Shown: in pieces, positions 29,101 to 39,569 of the stretch
Numbering within the stretch: position 1 is the stretch's first letter
Layout: each line of letters starts with the position of its first letter
IMG/VR virus record: IMGVR_UViG_3300029286_000014
DNA length: 64,000 nucleotides
Direction: 5' to 3' (one strand)
Origin: an uncultured virus (IMG/VR IMGVR_UViG_3300029286_000014)
Lineage: Duplodnaviria; Heunggongvirae; Uroviricota; Caudoviricetes
Translations under genes and position numbers: made by a program
The notes under the pieces: model-generated
The model's input: the letters and a program-made list of their open reading frames with translations, nothing else
Told to the model about the DNA's origin: nothing
The model's database searches: none

Positions 29101-29131
29101 GTGTCTCATAACTAGATTTGGAGGAAAAATA

Positions 29132-29500
29132 ATGATAAATAAATCGAAAAAACATAGATTGTTTGAACAAGAAGTTAAAGATCTTGTTTCTTATTTGAAA
29201 GATGCTGAAAATATAGTATATGGGAGTTATCCGCCTGCAACTAAATGGCTTCTCGATAAACCATACAGACATCAGATTTTTGAAGAGAATCCTGAATGCT
29301 TTCTAACTATAAAAAATCTTGCAGGTGGTGAAGTTCCATTTTTTCCAATGTGTAATAGAATGGCATTAAAGGATCCAAACTTTATAAAAATGGCAATAAA
29401 ATTGGCATCAGAAATAAGAGAGAATCCTAATGTGGATAAACAACATGCAAAGGCTGTTATTGCTAAATTAAAAAGTATTAAGCCAGATTCAGAGGAATAA
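29132..29500 (+). CDS. hypothetical protein
   Basis: GGAGG RBS before ATG 29132. Confidence 0.6.
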   Translation: MINKSKKHRLFEQEVKDLVSYLKDAENIVYGSYPPATKWLLDKPYRHQIFEENPECFLTIKNLAGGEVPFFPMCNRMALKDPNFIKMAIKLASEIRENPNVDKQHAKAVIAKLKSIKPDSEE

Positions 29501-29546
29501 TGTAAACGAGATTGTTAAAAATGATATATTACGGTATGATAAAAAT

Positions 29547-30434
29547 ATGAATTATCAATTAGTTATTGATTCTATTTTTGATAGAGCTAAAAATAGAATA
29601 CTTCCACCAGAAGAAAAAACACATAAACATCATATTATAATGCGCTCACTAGGTGGTGGCAATTCAGGAGAAAATCTAGTTCGTTTAACTATAAGAGAAC
29701 ATGGATTAGTTCATCTTCTTCTAACAAAAATAAATCCTTGTTATAAAACTTATTTAGCAGTCTTTTATATGTTCAATAATGGATGTATTAAAAATACTAG
29801 AGAATATGAAAAAATTATGATAAAAGTTAGTGAATATCAAAAAGAAAAATGCCCAATGAAAGGAAAGAAGCACTCTGAGGAAACAAAAGAAAAAATAAGA
29901 AATAAAGCTATTGGAAGAAAACATTCAAAAGAAGCAAAAGAAAAAATGAGAGGAAGAACTGCTTGGAATAAAAATATACCAAGAACAGAAATAGAAAAAG
30001 AGCATATGAGAAATGCATTGGTTGGAAAACATTCGGGTGAAAAGAATGGTAGGTATGGAAAAGAAGTATCTGAAGCTACTCGAAATAAAATTAGTATAGG
30101 AAATAAAGGAAAAGTTTTAACAGAAGAAACAAAACAAAAAATGAGTGATAAACATAAAGGTAAAGTTCCTTGGAATTCAGGTCTTACAAAAGAAACGAGC
30201 CTCTTATTAAGAAAAATTAGTGAAAATAAAAAAGGAACAGTTGGCCCAATGACAGAAAAAAAACATACAGAAGAAAGTAAGAATAAAATGAGTGAGACAA
30301 GAAGAAAAAAAGGATTAGGTGCTAAAAAAGGAAGAAAACTTTCTGAGGAGACTAAAATTAAAATATCGGTATCTCTTAAAAAAACCTATAGAAATAAAGA
30401 AATTTTATCTAACACAAGAGAGGAAAGAAAGTAA
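29547..30434 (+). CDS. HNH homing endonuclease with NUMOD3 repeats
   Basis: HKHHIIMRSLGGGNSGENLVRLTIREHGLVH; repeated HSEETKEKI units. Confidence 0.9.
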   Translation: MNYQLVIDSIFDRAKNRILPPEEKTHKHHIIMRSLGGGNSGENLVRLTIREHGLVHLLLTKINPCYKTYLAVFYMFNNGCIKNTREYEKIMIKVSEYQKEKCPMKGKKHSEETKEKIRNKAIGRKHSKEAKEKMRGRTAWNKNIPRTEIEKEHMRNALVGKHSGEKNGRYGKEVSEATRNKISIGNKGKVLTEETKQKMSDKHKGKVPWNSGLTKETSLLLRKISENKKGTVGPMTEKKHTEESKNKMSETRRKKGLGAKKGRKLSEETKIKISVSLKKTYRNKEILSNTREERK

Positions 30435-33400
30435 TGCTCCTTAAACTTCTCGATGTATCACACTTCTGTAGTTTATATAAACAAGTGACCTCAACAATGA
30501 TACTAACCAAAGGTGAAAAATTTCATGATGAAGGATTATTCTCTGAAGTTATTTTTGGAAAGGAAAAAACTAAGGAAAGAAAAACAACTTTTGGATACAT
30601 AAATCTTAATGTAAAAGTTATTCATCCAGCTGCATTATCTCTTCTTCTAAAGGTTAGTAGAAATATTAAAAAATTTTTATCAACCGAGATATCATTTTCA
30701 TTAGATTCAGCTGGAAGATTAATTGAAGACCCAAATGGTGTTACTGGAATTAATGCTTTCATAGACTTATTTCCAAAAATAAACTTTAAAGCATCTGAGG
30801 TTGGTACAAAAGTTATTGAACTTTTGAAAAAAGCATATAAAGATGAGGTTTTGTTTATTGATAAAATTCCAGTTATCCCTCCGGCATTTAGAGAAATGAC
30901 AAGAGATCCAAAAACTGGTGAAATCAGAGTAGAGGAAATAAATAATTATTATACTCAAATTTTAAAAAGATCATTAGGTATAAAAGCAATTGCTACAGCT
31001 AAAGGACCATTAAAGGATCTTTTAACATATGGAATTCAAAATTCTGTTATGGATTTGGATGGGTTTATAAGAACGAAATTATCAAAAAAGTTTGGTCTTG
31101 TCAGAGAACAACTTATGGGGAAAAGAGTAGATTTTTCAGCAAGAGCAGTTATAATGAATGGACCAACATTAGAAGTGAATGAAATAGGAATTCCTTTCAC
31201 AATTGCTGTAGGACTTTTTGAACCATTCATCATTCACATTCTTTTATATACAGATAAATTTGATAAAGCTACTTTGGAAACAGAAATATTAAGTTTTATC
31301 GATCAGCCCTTATCGGTTGATTCTATAAAAAAAGTTCTAAATTCTATAAAATCAAAAGATGTTGCCCCTGCTGAATTATATAAAATTATTTTTGAAGCAA
31401 CTAAAATGGCAATGGAAGGAAGACTAGTTTTAGCGAAGAGAGACCCAGTACTAATACCAGAATCCGTAAGAGCATTCAAACCAATTTTAATCAATGGTAG
31501 TATTGTTCGAGTCAATAACCTTCAAACCGGTGGATTCAATGCTGATTTTGATGGAGATCAGATGGCAATATTTCATCCTTTATCAAGTAAAGCACAAGAA
31601 GATTGCAAGAAGCTATTGAGAGACGAAACTGGAACCAATATGAATTCTATATCATATGAACTCTCAAAGGAATCTACTTTAGGGACTTATCTTCTTACAA
31701 AAGATTATAAAAAAACAACTTCTACAAAAATTATTAACAAAGAAGATCTTAAAAAGATTTCAGATCCTGCTCAAATAGTTAAATTTGGAAATAGAACAAC
31801 AACATTTGGAAAGGCAGTTTTTAATAGCTTACTTCCTGAAAATTATGGATTCATTAATATTCCAGTAACCAAAAAGGTTGTAAATAATATAATCTCAAAT
31901 ATTTTTAAAACAAGAGGATCCGATATTGCAAGAAAATTTGCCTTTGATGTTCAAACAATTGGGTATGCATATGCAACATATGTAGGTTCATCAATAACAA
32001 TTGATATGATTGATATACCACAATCAATAATGAAATTAAAAGAAAAACTTGATAAAGTAGATCCAACTACTGCTGCTGATATAATTAAACATATGAAGAA
32101 CTTAATGATTGAACATCTGAAAGATACAGGATTGTATGATTTATGTGAATCTGGAGCATCAAAAGGATGGGACCAACCAACACAAATATTGATAGCAAAA
32201 GGTGTTATTGCTGATGTTGAAGGAAATCTTCTAAAACCAATTAAAGGATCTTTTTCAGAAGGACTCACACCAAAAGAATATTTTGCGGCATCTCTTGGAG
32301 CTAGAAAAGGAATTGTTGATAGGGTTATTAACACAGCAGATACTGGATATACATCAAGACAACTCGCATATCTGTTAAATGGTGTTGAATTAGATTGGTT
32401 AAAAAAGGATTGTGAAACTACTAGAACAATTCAAATAAAATTAGTGGATGATTTAATTAAAAAGTTAGAAGGAAGATACGTTGTTGAAAATAGAAAAGTT
32501 GTACCCTTCGATAAAACAAAATATAAATCTGGTGATGTAATTAATTTAAGAACGCCTATATATTGTACAAGTAAGAAGATTTGTCATACTTGTTATGGCG
32601 AGTTATTAAAAAGGCATAGAACACCTTATGTTGGTCTAGTAGCTGCTCAAATTATAGGAGAAAGAGGAACACAATTAATTATGCGGGCATTTCATACTGG
32701 AGGAGCAGTTAAAATTGTTACCAGAGATATATTAAAAGAATTGTTCGACAATGACCCAAATTCAAATAAAGACCATATTCATCAAACCTTTAAACAAGAA
32801 GGAAGCATGATAACAACACTTAAAGGAGGAACACTAACTTTAAGTTTTGAACAATATACACTGAATGATGATCTAATTGTAAATGAGGAAGAAGATAATA
32901 TTTGGGTTAAAAGTTTACTAGGTGTTTATGAAACGACAGATGGAATAAAAATAAATGTTATTCTAGATTGTGAAGTTAACACTCTAGTTCCTAGAGAATT
33001 TATTTTTGAAAAGAAAAATAAAATTGTTGTTCAATACGAAGAAGGTGAAGAAATTTTTGAAATTCCAGTTGAAAAACAAGAAGTAAAAGAAATAGTTTTA
33101 TATATGAGAAGATTAATTGGTGGTGGAGAGATTTTTAAAGATACAACACATCTCCTTATGAAACTATATAGATTGTATGCAGATTTATCAGATATGGATT
33201 TAGTTCACATGGAAATTGTTGTTTCACAATGTTTAAGAGATAAAGAAAGACCAATACTTCCTGCAAGATTAGGGAAAGATCCAGATAATCCAGTTATGTT
33301 CAACATAAAAAAAACAGTTTTTAATTCAGGATTTTTACAGGGGCTTGCATTCGAAAATGTTGGTGAGGCAATAAGTTCTGGTCTGACAAGTAAATATGAA

Positions 33401-33466
33401 CTAGAACCATCGGTCTTAGAGAAAATACTTACTGGAACTCTTGTTGAAGATGAGGAAAAAAAGTAA
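30434..33466 (+). CDS. rpoC: RNA polymerase beta' subunit, copy 1 (virion-type, no N-terminal Zn finger)
   Basis: GLFSEVIFG, IPVIPPAFR, LMGKRVDFSARAVI, NADFDGDQM, SGASKG, TADTGYTSRQL, GTQLIMRAFHTGG. Confidence 0.95.
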   Translation: MLLKLLDVSHFCSLYKQVTSTMILTKGEKFHDEGLFSEVIFGKEKTKERKTTFGYINLNVKVIHPAALSLLLKVSRNIKKFLSTEISFSLDSAGRLIEDPNGVTGINAFIDLFPKINFKASEVGTKVIELLKKAYKDEVLFIDKIPVIPPAFREMTRDPKTGEIRVEEINNYYTQILKRSLGIKAIATAKGPLKDLLTYGIQNSVMDLDGFIRTKLSKKFGLVREQLMGKRVDFSARAVIMNGPTLEVNEIGIPFTIAVGLFEPFIIHILLYTDKFDKATLETEILSFIDQPLSVDSIKKVLNSIKSKDVAPAELYKIIFEATKMAMEGRLVLAKRDPVLIPESVRAFKPILINGSIVRVNNLQTGGFNADFDGDQMAIFHPLSSKAQEDCKKLLRDETGTNMNSISYELSKESTLGTYLLTKDYKKTTSTKIINKEDLKKISDPAQIVKFGNRTTTFGKAVFNSLLPENYGFINIPVTKKVVNNIISNIFKTRGSDIARKFAFDVQTIGYAYATYVGSSITIDMIDIPQSIMKLKEKLDKVDPTTAADIIKHMKNLMIEHLKDTGLYDLCESGASKGWDQPTQILIAKGVIADVEGNLLKPIKGSFSEGLTPKEYFAASLGARKGIVDRVINTADTGYTSRQLAYLLNGVELDWLKKDCETTRTIQIKLVDDLIKKLEGRYVVENRKVVPFDKTKYKSGDVINLRTPIYCTSKKICHTCYGELLKRHRTPYVGLVAAQIIGERGTQLIMRAFHTGGAVKIVTRDILKELFDNDPNSNKDHIHQTFKQEGSMITTLKGGTLTLSFEQYTLNDDLIVNEEEDNIWVKSLLGVYETTDGIKINVILDCEVNTLVPREFIFEKKNKIVVQYEEGEEIFEIPVEKQEVKEIVLYMRRLIGGGEIFKDTTHLLMKLYRLYADLSDMDLVHMEIVVSQCLRDKERPILPARLGKDPDNPVMFNIKKTVFNSGFLQGLAFENVGEAISSGLTSKYELEPSVLEKILTGTLVEDEEKK

Positions 33467-36400
33467 ATGATAGTAAAATTAGAAAATTTTAAACCTTATA
33501 CACAGACTGCGGATGGCATTCGACTTTTGAGGCGTGACCGCCAGTATATGATAACTTATTTTCCTGAAAATTCTAATCTATTTGATGACTACTTGCATTT
33601 TGGTTTAAGAGCACAAGAGTTAAGATATGCAATTGTTCCACTTACAAAAATTCCAAGAACAGGGTTGCTACCAGCAACTAAAGGATTATATAAAAAGATT
33701 AGACTAAATGCTTATCAATCAAATATCAAACCACCAGCAAAACAAAATATTATATATGATTGTTCGATTTACTCAACTGCTGTTGAGAAATTTTATAAAT
33801 CACTACAATTTAGACAGAGAGCTGGTGTATTGATTAAAGGAAATGCATATAGATCTATTGATTTATTTCCAAGTTTTACAAAGATTTTTATGTATGGTGT
33901 TGATTTAGATAAACCATTTAGTAAAAATATTGTTAATAGAAAAATATTTTTAATTATAAGAGATATTAAAGCAGGTGTTTTTCCATTTGATTATTTCGTT
34001 TTATCAATACTTCAGGGTGGCAAATGTAGACATAGATTATTAATGGCAGATGGGGTTTATAACTTTAATCGTTTATATCTCTTTTTAAGAAATGTGATGC
34101 CACACATGACTCATAAAGATATTGAGGATATGCATAAAGATGTTGATGAACAATTAGACAATGAAGAGATAGAAAAAGATATAGAATCTCACGATATTGC
34201 AACAGTTGTTATTAAAAATGCACCTGTTGAAGTTGTTCCAGAAGAAAAAAAGAATGAGATTCATACTGCTGTTAAACAATATTTGAAAAAATCAGATGAT
34301 GTCAGACAAGATTTAAAAATAAAATCAGATATGGGTATGTCTAAACCTGAAGCTTCAAGAGCAGTTATAAAATCTGTTATATATTCAGCAACAAAAAATT
34401 TATCTCATGCTAATAAAATTGTAGATAAACTAGATGACAAAAAAATTGAAAAAGTCTCAGCAGCTGTTAAGAAAGCATATACAGATCAGTTAGTTACAAA
34501 AACACCATCTAAAAATACTAGTACAGATCATATTGTAATTGCAGCCGATGTTCCATCTCTAGTAGATAATAAAAATCCATCTCACTTATTAGAAAAAAGA
34601 GCTATTGACTTTCATACAAATTTAAAAAATGATATTCATGAATCGTTTAAAATTTTTGAAAATCAAGAAGTTCCCTTGAAAATAAAATCTTTTGAAATTG
34701 TTGAATCCCCACAGAGAAAAGGAGAATTGTCTCAATCTGATGTAAATACTGTTGTGGTCACACTTAAAAAAAATGATGGATCTGAACAAGAAGTTCTAAT
34801 TGATATACCGAGAATAAATTTTAAAACAGGAACCTTCAGAATTTATGGAGAAACAAAATGTCTTATTAATCAGATTGTTTTGTGCCCAATAACATTTCCA
34901 AAAAGATATGATTCACTATTTCATTCATCATATTCAAAATTTCATATATATAGTAAAATAACAAAAACAAGAAAATATCTTCAAATATATATGGGATCCT
35001 TTAAAAGTCTTCCATTATTGATTGTTCTTGCGTATGCATTTGGTTGGGATAGAGTAATGGAAAAGTATGGAATGAAATATACACTTGTTTCTGAGGCTCC
35101 CGGAAAAGCTGAAACAAGACCTTATATTCGTATTGATACAAACCAGTATGTGATTTTTGACAATGTGAATAACGATTTAAAGGTTCAACTTATAGAAGCT
35201 GTTATTGTTGAAAATATTTATAAATATAAGCCAAAAGCAGTATTTGGAACAAAAGATTATTTTGCTGATCTACTTCAGGAAATAACAGGATCCATTAGTT
35301 CAACCTATTTGATTTCTGATAATATAAAATACTTGGTTGACCCTGCATCAAAACAGGTTCTTATAAATCAAGGACTTCCTTTTGAACTTGAAGAAATAAT
35401 GTATTATATGACTTATCATGTTGTTAGTGGAAAAGTTATAGAGAGAAATGATTTATCAAATCAAAGAATTCGTGGGTCTGAAGTTATAAGCATGTTGATA
35501 AGAGACCAATTGAAATCTGCATACACAACTTATAGAATGAAAGTTATGTCTGGGGATAAAAGTGCAAAATTCGACATAAATAGAACACAATTACTAAGCG
35601 AATTTTTGAAAACTGAAATTGTTACTAATATGGAGTATGCAAATCCAATTGAAGAAATGGCTACAATGACCAGAATCTCACCAGTTGGAAAACATATTGG
35701 TGGTGTTGCAACACCAGCAGCATTAACAGGAAAAGCCAGAAATGTTCATGACACATATTTTGGAAATATAGATCCTGTCGATACTCCTGAAGGTGAAAAT
35801 ATAGGTGTAACACAACAACTTGCAATGGGTGCTGAAATCACCAATGCTAGAGGATTATTTGGAAAGAAAGATATAGATGATAAAGAAGGTTCAGGAATAC
35901 TATCAACCTCATCTGCACTTATTCCTTTTGTTGGAAGCAATGATGGTGGTAGGATAATAATGGCAGATAGCCAAATTAAACAGATGCTTCCACTTAAGAA
36001 TCCAGAACCACCAATTGTAATGACTGGGTATGAATCAATTCTTACAACCTCATTGTCTGAAAATTTTGTTAAAAAGGCACCATATGATTGTATGATTGTT
36101 GAAGTAACTGAGGATTATATAAAAATAAAAAATAGAAGTGGAAAAAGTGATGCAATAGATATATCGCCAATCCATCTAAAATCTGGATTTGGAAGAGACA
36201 CTCTCAGTGTATTTGTTCCTCTAGTTAAAAAAGGATTATATGTTAAACAAGGGACATTGTTGGCAGAAGGAAGTTGTATAAAAGATGGATCAATTTCATT
36301 AGGAAAAACACTGTTAACTGCATATATGCCATATAAAGGGTATAACTTTGAAGATGGCATTGTTATAAGTAACAAGTTAGCACAGAGTGAAAAATTGACG

Positions 36401-37648
36401 TCGCTACATGGGGTAATCGAAGAAATTGACGTATCTGACAAGGATAGGGTTCTTTACATTGCAAAAATTGGTGAGTACATTGAAGCTGGAAATCCACTCA
36501 TTAGAAAAACGATAGGTGAGCTTGAGGAACTTTTGGGATATAGTGAAGATGATGATAGTGTAGTCGTTTATGGCCAAGAAATGATTAAAAAAAGTCCTGG
36601 CGGGACAATTGTTGATATTGAAGTATTTTCAAATATTCCAATTGATAGATATCCATTATTAAAAGAATTATCTGTAAAAACTAGATCTAGATATGGAATG
36701 GCTGCAAATGAAAAATTTAGTGATAGAAGAAAGACTTTAAAAGGAATTACTATAAAATTCAAAATACAACAAGAATTAAAAATAGGATTGGGTGACAAAT
36801 TAACAGGAAGATATGGAAATAAGGGGGTCGTCTGTTTAATTGAAGATGACGATAAAATGCCAAAAACACCTTGGAACGAAAATCTTGATATAATATTGAA
36901 TCCTTTGGGTGTTATTGGTAGAATGAATATGGGTCAAATTTTTGAACTTTATTGTGGATTGATTGCTAAAGCAATGGCTATTAGAATTGGCGCAGCTAGA
37001 AATAAATCTCAAATTATGGCAGTATTTAGAACAGTTTTACCACTTCTCGATAATACAAAGAATTTTGAATACAGTAAAAAAACTGTAGCTACATTAGCAG
37101 GATTATCGGAACAAAACTTTTTAGCAATGGTTAACTCAATTAAGAAAAATGGTTTTGTACCAATAATAGTTCCACCATTCAAATCTCCAACGCATAAACA
37201 AATTCATATGGCAATGAAAGCGTTAGGATTGTCTGATGGTTATAATTTATTTTTACCAGATCTTGGAATAAATACAAAAAGTAAAGTTCCAGTTGGATAT
37301 TCATATATTACTAAACTTGAGCATATGGGTGATTTAAAAGCTCATGTTAGATCAACAGGCCCAACAACTGCAACAAGACAACCTACACAAGGAAAAAGCA
37401 GAGAAGGTGGTCAGAGACTCGGGGAACAAGATTCGTACGCAATAATGGGCTACAACGCACCACATCTATTATCAGAGTTAATGGGACCTTTATCTGACGA
37501 TCAAAGGAGCAGAGACGAAATGATTTCAGAAATAATAACATCTGGAGCCGCAACTTTTAGAGTGTCAACAGAATCAATGGCTAGAGATTTTATGGGAGCC
37601 TATCTCATAGGACTTCTTCTTGATTCTAGAGAGAGTAAACTGAAATGA
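33467..37648 (+). CDS. rpoB: RNA polymerase beta subunit, copy 1 (long N-terminal extension)
   Basis: DPVDTPEGENIG, LIPF..ND, YNFEDGIV, GDKLTGRYGNKG, NPLGVIGRMN, KLEHM, GGQRLGEQD. Confidence 0.95.
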   Translation: MIVKLENFKPYTQTADGIRLLRRDRQYMITYFPENSNLFDDYLHFGLRAQELRYAIVPLTKIPRTGLLPATKGLYKKIRLNAYQSNIKPPAKQNIIYDCSIYSTAVEKFYKSLQFRQRAGVLIKGNAYRSIDLFPSFTKIFMYGVDLDKPFSKNIVNRKIFLIIRDIKAGVFPFDYFVLSILQGGKCRHRLLMADGVYNFNRLYLFLRNVMPHMTHKDIEDMHKDVDEQLDNEEIEKDIESHDIATVVIKNAPVEVVPEEKKNEIHTAVKQYLKKSDDVRQDLKIKSDMGMSKPEASRAVIKSVIYSATKNLSHANKIVDKLDDKKIEKVSAAVKKAYTDQLVTKTPSKNTSTDHIVIAADVPSLVDNKNPSHLLEKRAIDFHTNLKNDIHESFKIFENQEVPLKIKSFEIVESPQRKGELSQSDVNTVVVTLKKNDGSEQEVLIDIPRINFKTGTFRIYGETKCLINQIVLCPITFPKRYDSLFHSSYSKFHIYSKITKTRKYLQIYMGSFKSLPLLIVLAYAFGWDRVMEKYGMKYTLVSEAPGKAETRPYIRIDTNQYVIFDNVNNDLKVQLIEAVIVENIYKYKPKAVFGTKDYFADLLQEITGSISSTYLISDNIKYLVDPASKQVLINQGLPFELEEIMYYMTYHVVSGKVIERNDLSNQRIRGSEVISMLIRDQLKSAYTTYRMKVMSGDKSAKFDINRTQLLSEFLKTEIVTNMEYANPIEEMATMTRISPVGKHIGGVATPAALTGKARNVHDTYFGNIDPVDTPEGENIGVTQQLAMGAEITNARGLFGKKDIDDKEGSGILSTSSALIPFVGSNDGGRIIMADSQIKQMLPLKNPEPPIVMTGYESILTTSLSENFVKKAPYDCMIVEVTEDYIKIKNRSGKSDAIDISPIHLKSGFGRDTLSVFVPLVKKGLYVKQGTLLAEGSCIKDGSISLGKTLLTAYMPYKGYNFEDGIVISNKLAQSEKLTSLHGVIEEIDVSDKDRVLYIAKIGEYIEAGNPLIRKTIGELEELLGYSEDDDSVVVYGQEMIKKSPGGTIVDIEVFSNIPIDRYPLLKELSVKTRSRYGMAANEKFSDRRKTLKGITIKFKIQQELKIGLGDKLTGRYGNKGVVCLIEDDDKMPKTPWNENLDIILNPLGVIGRMNMGQIFELYCGLIAKAMAIRIGAARNKSQIMAVFRTVLPLLDNTKNFEYSKKTVATLAGLSEQNFLAMVNSIKKNGFVPIIVPPFKSPTHKQIHMAMKALGLSDGYNLFLPDLGINTKSKVPVGYSYITKLEHMGDLKAHVRSTGPTTATRQPTQGKSREGGQRLGEQDSYAIMGYNAPHLLSELMGPLSDDQRSRDEMISEIITSGAATFRVSTESMARDFMGAYLIGLLLDSRESKLK

Positions 37649-38631
37649 TGACCGAATATGTAGTATGCCCATATTGCAAAAATCAATTTTCTCAACTTAC
37701 ATATACTCATATTAAAACACACGGAAAAACGATGCAAGAGATGAGAAGTGAATTTTATGGTATAAAAATAGCCTCAGATAAGGTCACAAACAAACAAAAA
37801 GAAACTTTCTTAAAAAAATATGGTGTCGATAATCCTTCGAGACATGAAGGATGTAAAGAGAAAAGAAGAAATACTACTTATGAAAGATTTGGTGTTTATC
37901 ATGTAATGTCTTTAACTAGTATTAAAAACCAAATTAAAAATACAATGCTCGAAAGATATGGTGTTGAAAATCCTAGCTATTCAAAAGAATTTTTAGAAAA
38001 GAAAGAAAAAACTTTTTTTGAAAGATATGGTGGAAGACCAAAAACATCAGATGAGACCAAAAGAAAAAGAAAGGATACAAATATAGAGAGATATGGTTTT
38101 GACGAGTCAATGAGATCACCAGACATAAAAAAGAAGTATAAGAATACTATACTTGAAAGATATGGTGTTGAAAGCAATATGCATCTCTTAGAAGTTAGAG
38201 AAAAATGCAAAAAAACAATGTTAGAAAGATATGGTGCTGAGTATTCTGCTTTATCAAAAGAATTATTAGAAAAAGCAAAACAAACAAGAATCAAAAATGG
38301 AGCACAAGTTCCTGATGAGTTACTATCTTTATATAGTATTTATAAAAGAAAAGTCTTTCATTTTACACATAAAGCTAAAAAAATTAAATTTAAAAAAGAG
38401 GAATTATCAAAACGTGGAAAATCTGGAATGGATGGGGCACTTCAAATTGATCACATCTATAGTATTTTTGAAGGATTTATTAATAATATTTCTCCAGAAA
38501 TAATCGGGCACCCAGCTAATCTTCAATTAACTACATGGGAATATAATGATGATAAAAAATCTAAATCTGATATAACTCTTAATGAACTATATGAATTGAT
38601 AGATGATTATAAAAAAGGAGATAACAAATGA
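37645..38631 (+). CDS. HNH-type homing endonuclease with N-terminal C2H2 finger and ERYGV repeats
   Basis: CPYC..H..TH; about seven (L/F)ERYG(V/F/A) repeats; C-terminal IDHIYS...ANLQ...N..K. Confidence 0.75.
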   Translation: MMTEYVVCPYCKNQFSQLTYTHIKTHGKTMQEMRSEFYGIKIASDKVTNKQKETFLKKYGVDNPSRHEGCKEKRRNTTYERFGVYHVMSLTSIKNQIKNTMLERYGVENPSYSKEFLEKKEKTFFERYGGRPKTSDETKRKRKDTNIERYGFDESMRSPDIKKKYKNTILERYGVESNMHLLEVREKCKKTMLERYGAEYSALSKELLEKAKQTRIKNGAQVPDELLSLYSIYKRKVFHFTHKAKKIKFKKEELSKRGKSGMDGALQIDHIYSIFEGFINNISPEIIGHPANLQLTTWEYNDDKKSKSDITLNELYELIDDYKKGDNK

Positions 38632-39212
38632 AAGAAAATCTAGCAATTAAAACATTACTTCTGTATTCAAATCCATTAAATGAAGTTGAAACAGATGAAG
38701 ATGATACCGATAGATCATTTGAAAATGCTCAGACTGAAGCAATTTTTATTGATGTGATTGAAGCAATAGGAGAAGAAGACTTCAAACATGTATTTACAAA
38801 TGTAATTTCAGATATAAGAAAAGCACCAATAAAAAAACAAATAGAATTATGTTATAGAATTATTGATAAAATAAATGAAGTTTATAATTTTGAATTCTAT
38901 AGAGAAGTAGATATTAAAAATGAAAGTCAAGTTGAAGACATTTATTCGTTGGTCTCTTTTATTGAATTCAATAATATTGATTTTTTAGAGAAGTTGCTTG
39001 ATGGATTTGTTATAGATATTATGAAACTCGATATTCCAAATTTTTTAAATGATAATTGGAAAGATCTTGAAAAGAGAATTTACTCATTACCAACGATTGG
39101 GTTTATTTCTGCATTCCTTAGAACAAATACAAAAGATAATGTAATTAGTTTTTTACTTAAAGAAATTGAAAAATCAAAAACTGAGTTAGCGGTACGCTTC
39201 CTCACAAAGTAA
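38628..39212 (+). CDS. hypothetical protein
   Basis: 194-aa acidic ORF, AAGGAG RBS. Confidence 0.65.
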   Translation: MKENLAIKTLLLYSNPLNEVETDEDDTDRSFENAQTEAIFIDVIEAIGEEDFKHVFTNVISDIRKAPIKKQIELCYRIIDKINEVYNFEFYREVDIKNESQVEDIYSLVSFIEFNNIDFLEKLLDGFVIDIMKLDIPNFLNDNWKDLEKRIYSLPTIGFISAFLRTNTKDNVISFLLKEIEKSKTELAVRFLTK

Positions 39213-39223
39213 AGGAGAATATC

Positions 39224-39481
39224 ATGGGTCAAACATTAACAATCAAAAAAGGGAATTTTGTACTAATGACAACCGAAAGAAACAATTTGGTAGAATGCAA
39301 GTCAACTTATGATGGGTTAGTTTTCAATTTTATTCAAGGGTTTTTTCTTTCATACACAGATCCATATCTACAGACAGTAACAAAAGAGATAATAACTACA
39401 ACACTGTCTGCATTTCCAACAGCAAATCTTGTTGTTGATGTTGGTAATCCAAAAGTTCCTGTCTCAGCAAAAATCGATTAA
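39224..39481 (+). CDS. hypothetical protein
   Basis: 85-aa ORF, AAGGAG RBS. Confidence 0.6.
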   Translation: MGQTLTIKKGNFVLMTTERNNLVECKSTYDGLVFNFIQGFFLSYTDPYLQTVTKEIITTTLSAFPTANLVVDVGNPKVPVSAKID

Positions 39482-39502
39482 GTTATATATATTAATTTGT
39501 GA
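39480..39502 (+). promoter_or_regulatory. putative early phage promoter AAGT-TATATATAT-T-AAT-TTG-TGA
   Basis: Intergenic repeated motif. Confidence 0.6.
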
Positions 39503-39569
39503 TAAAGAGAGATGTTGCGTTTATAAACACCAATATTTTTTATTTTAAAAAATAAATAAGGAGTAATTT

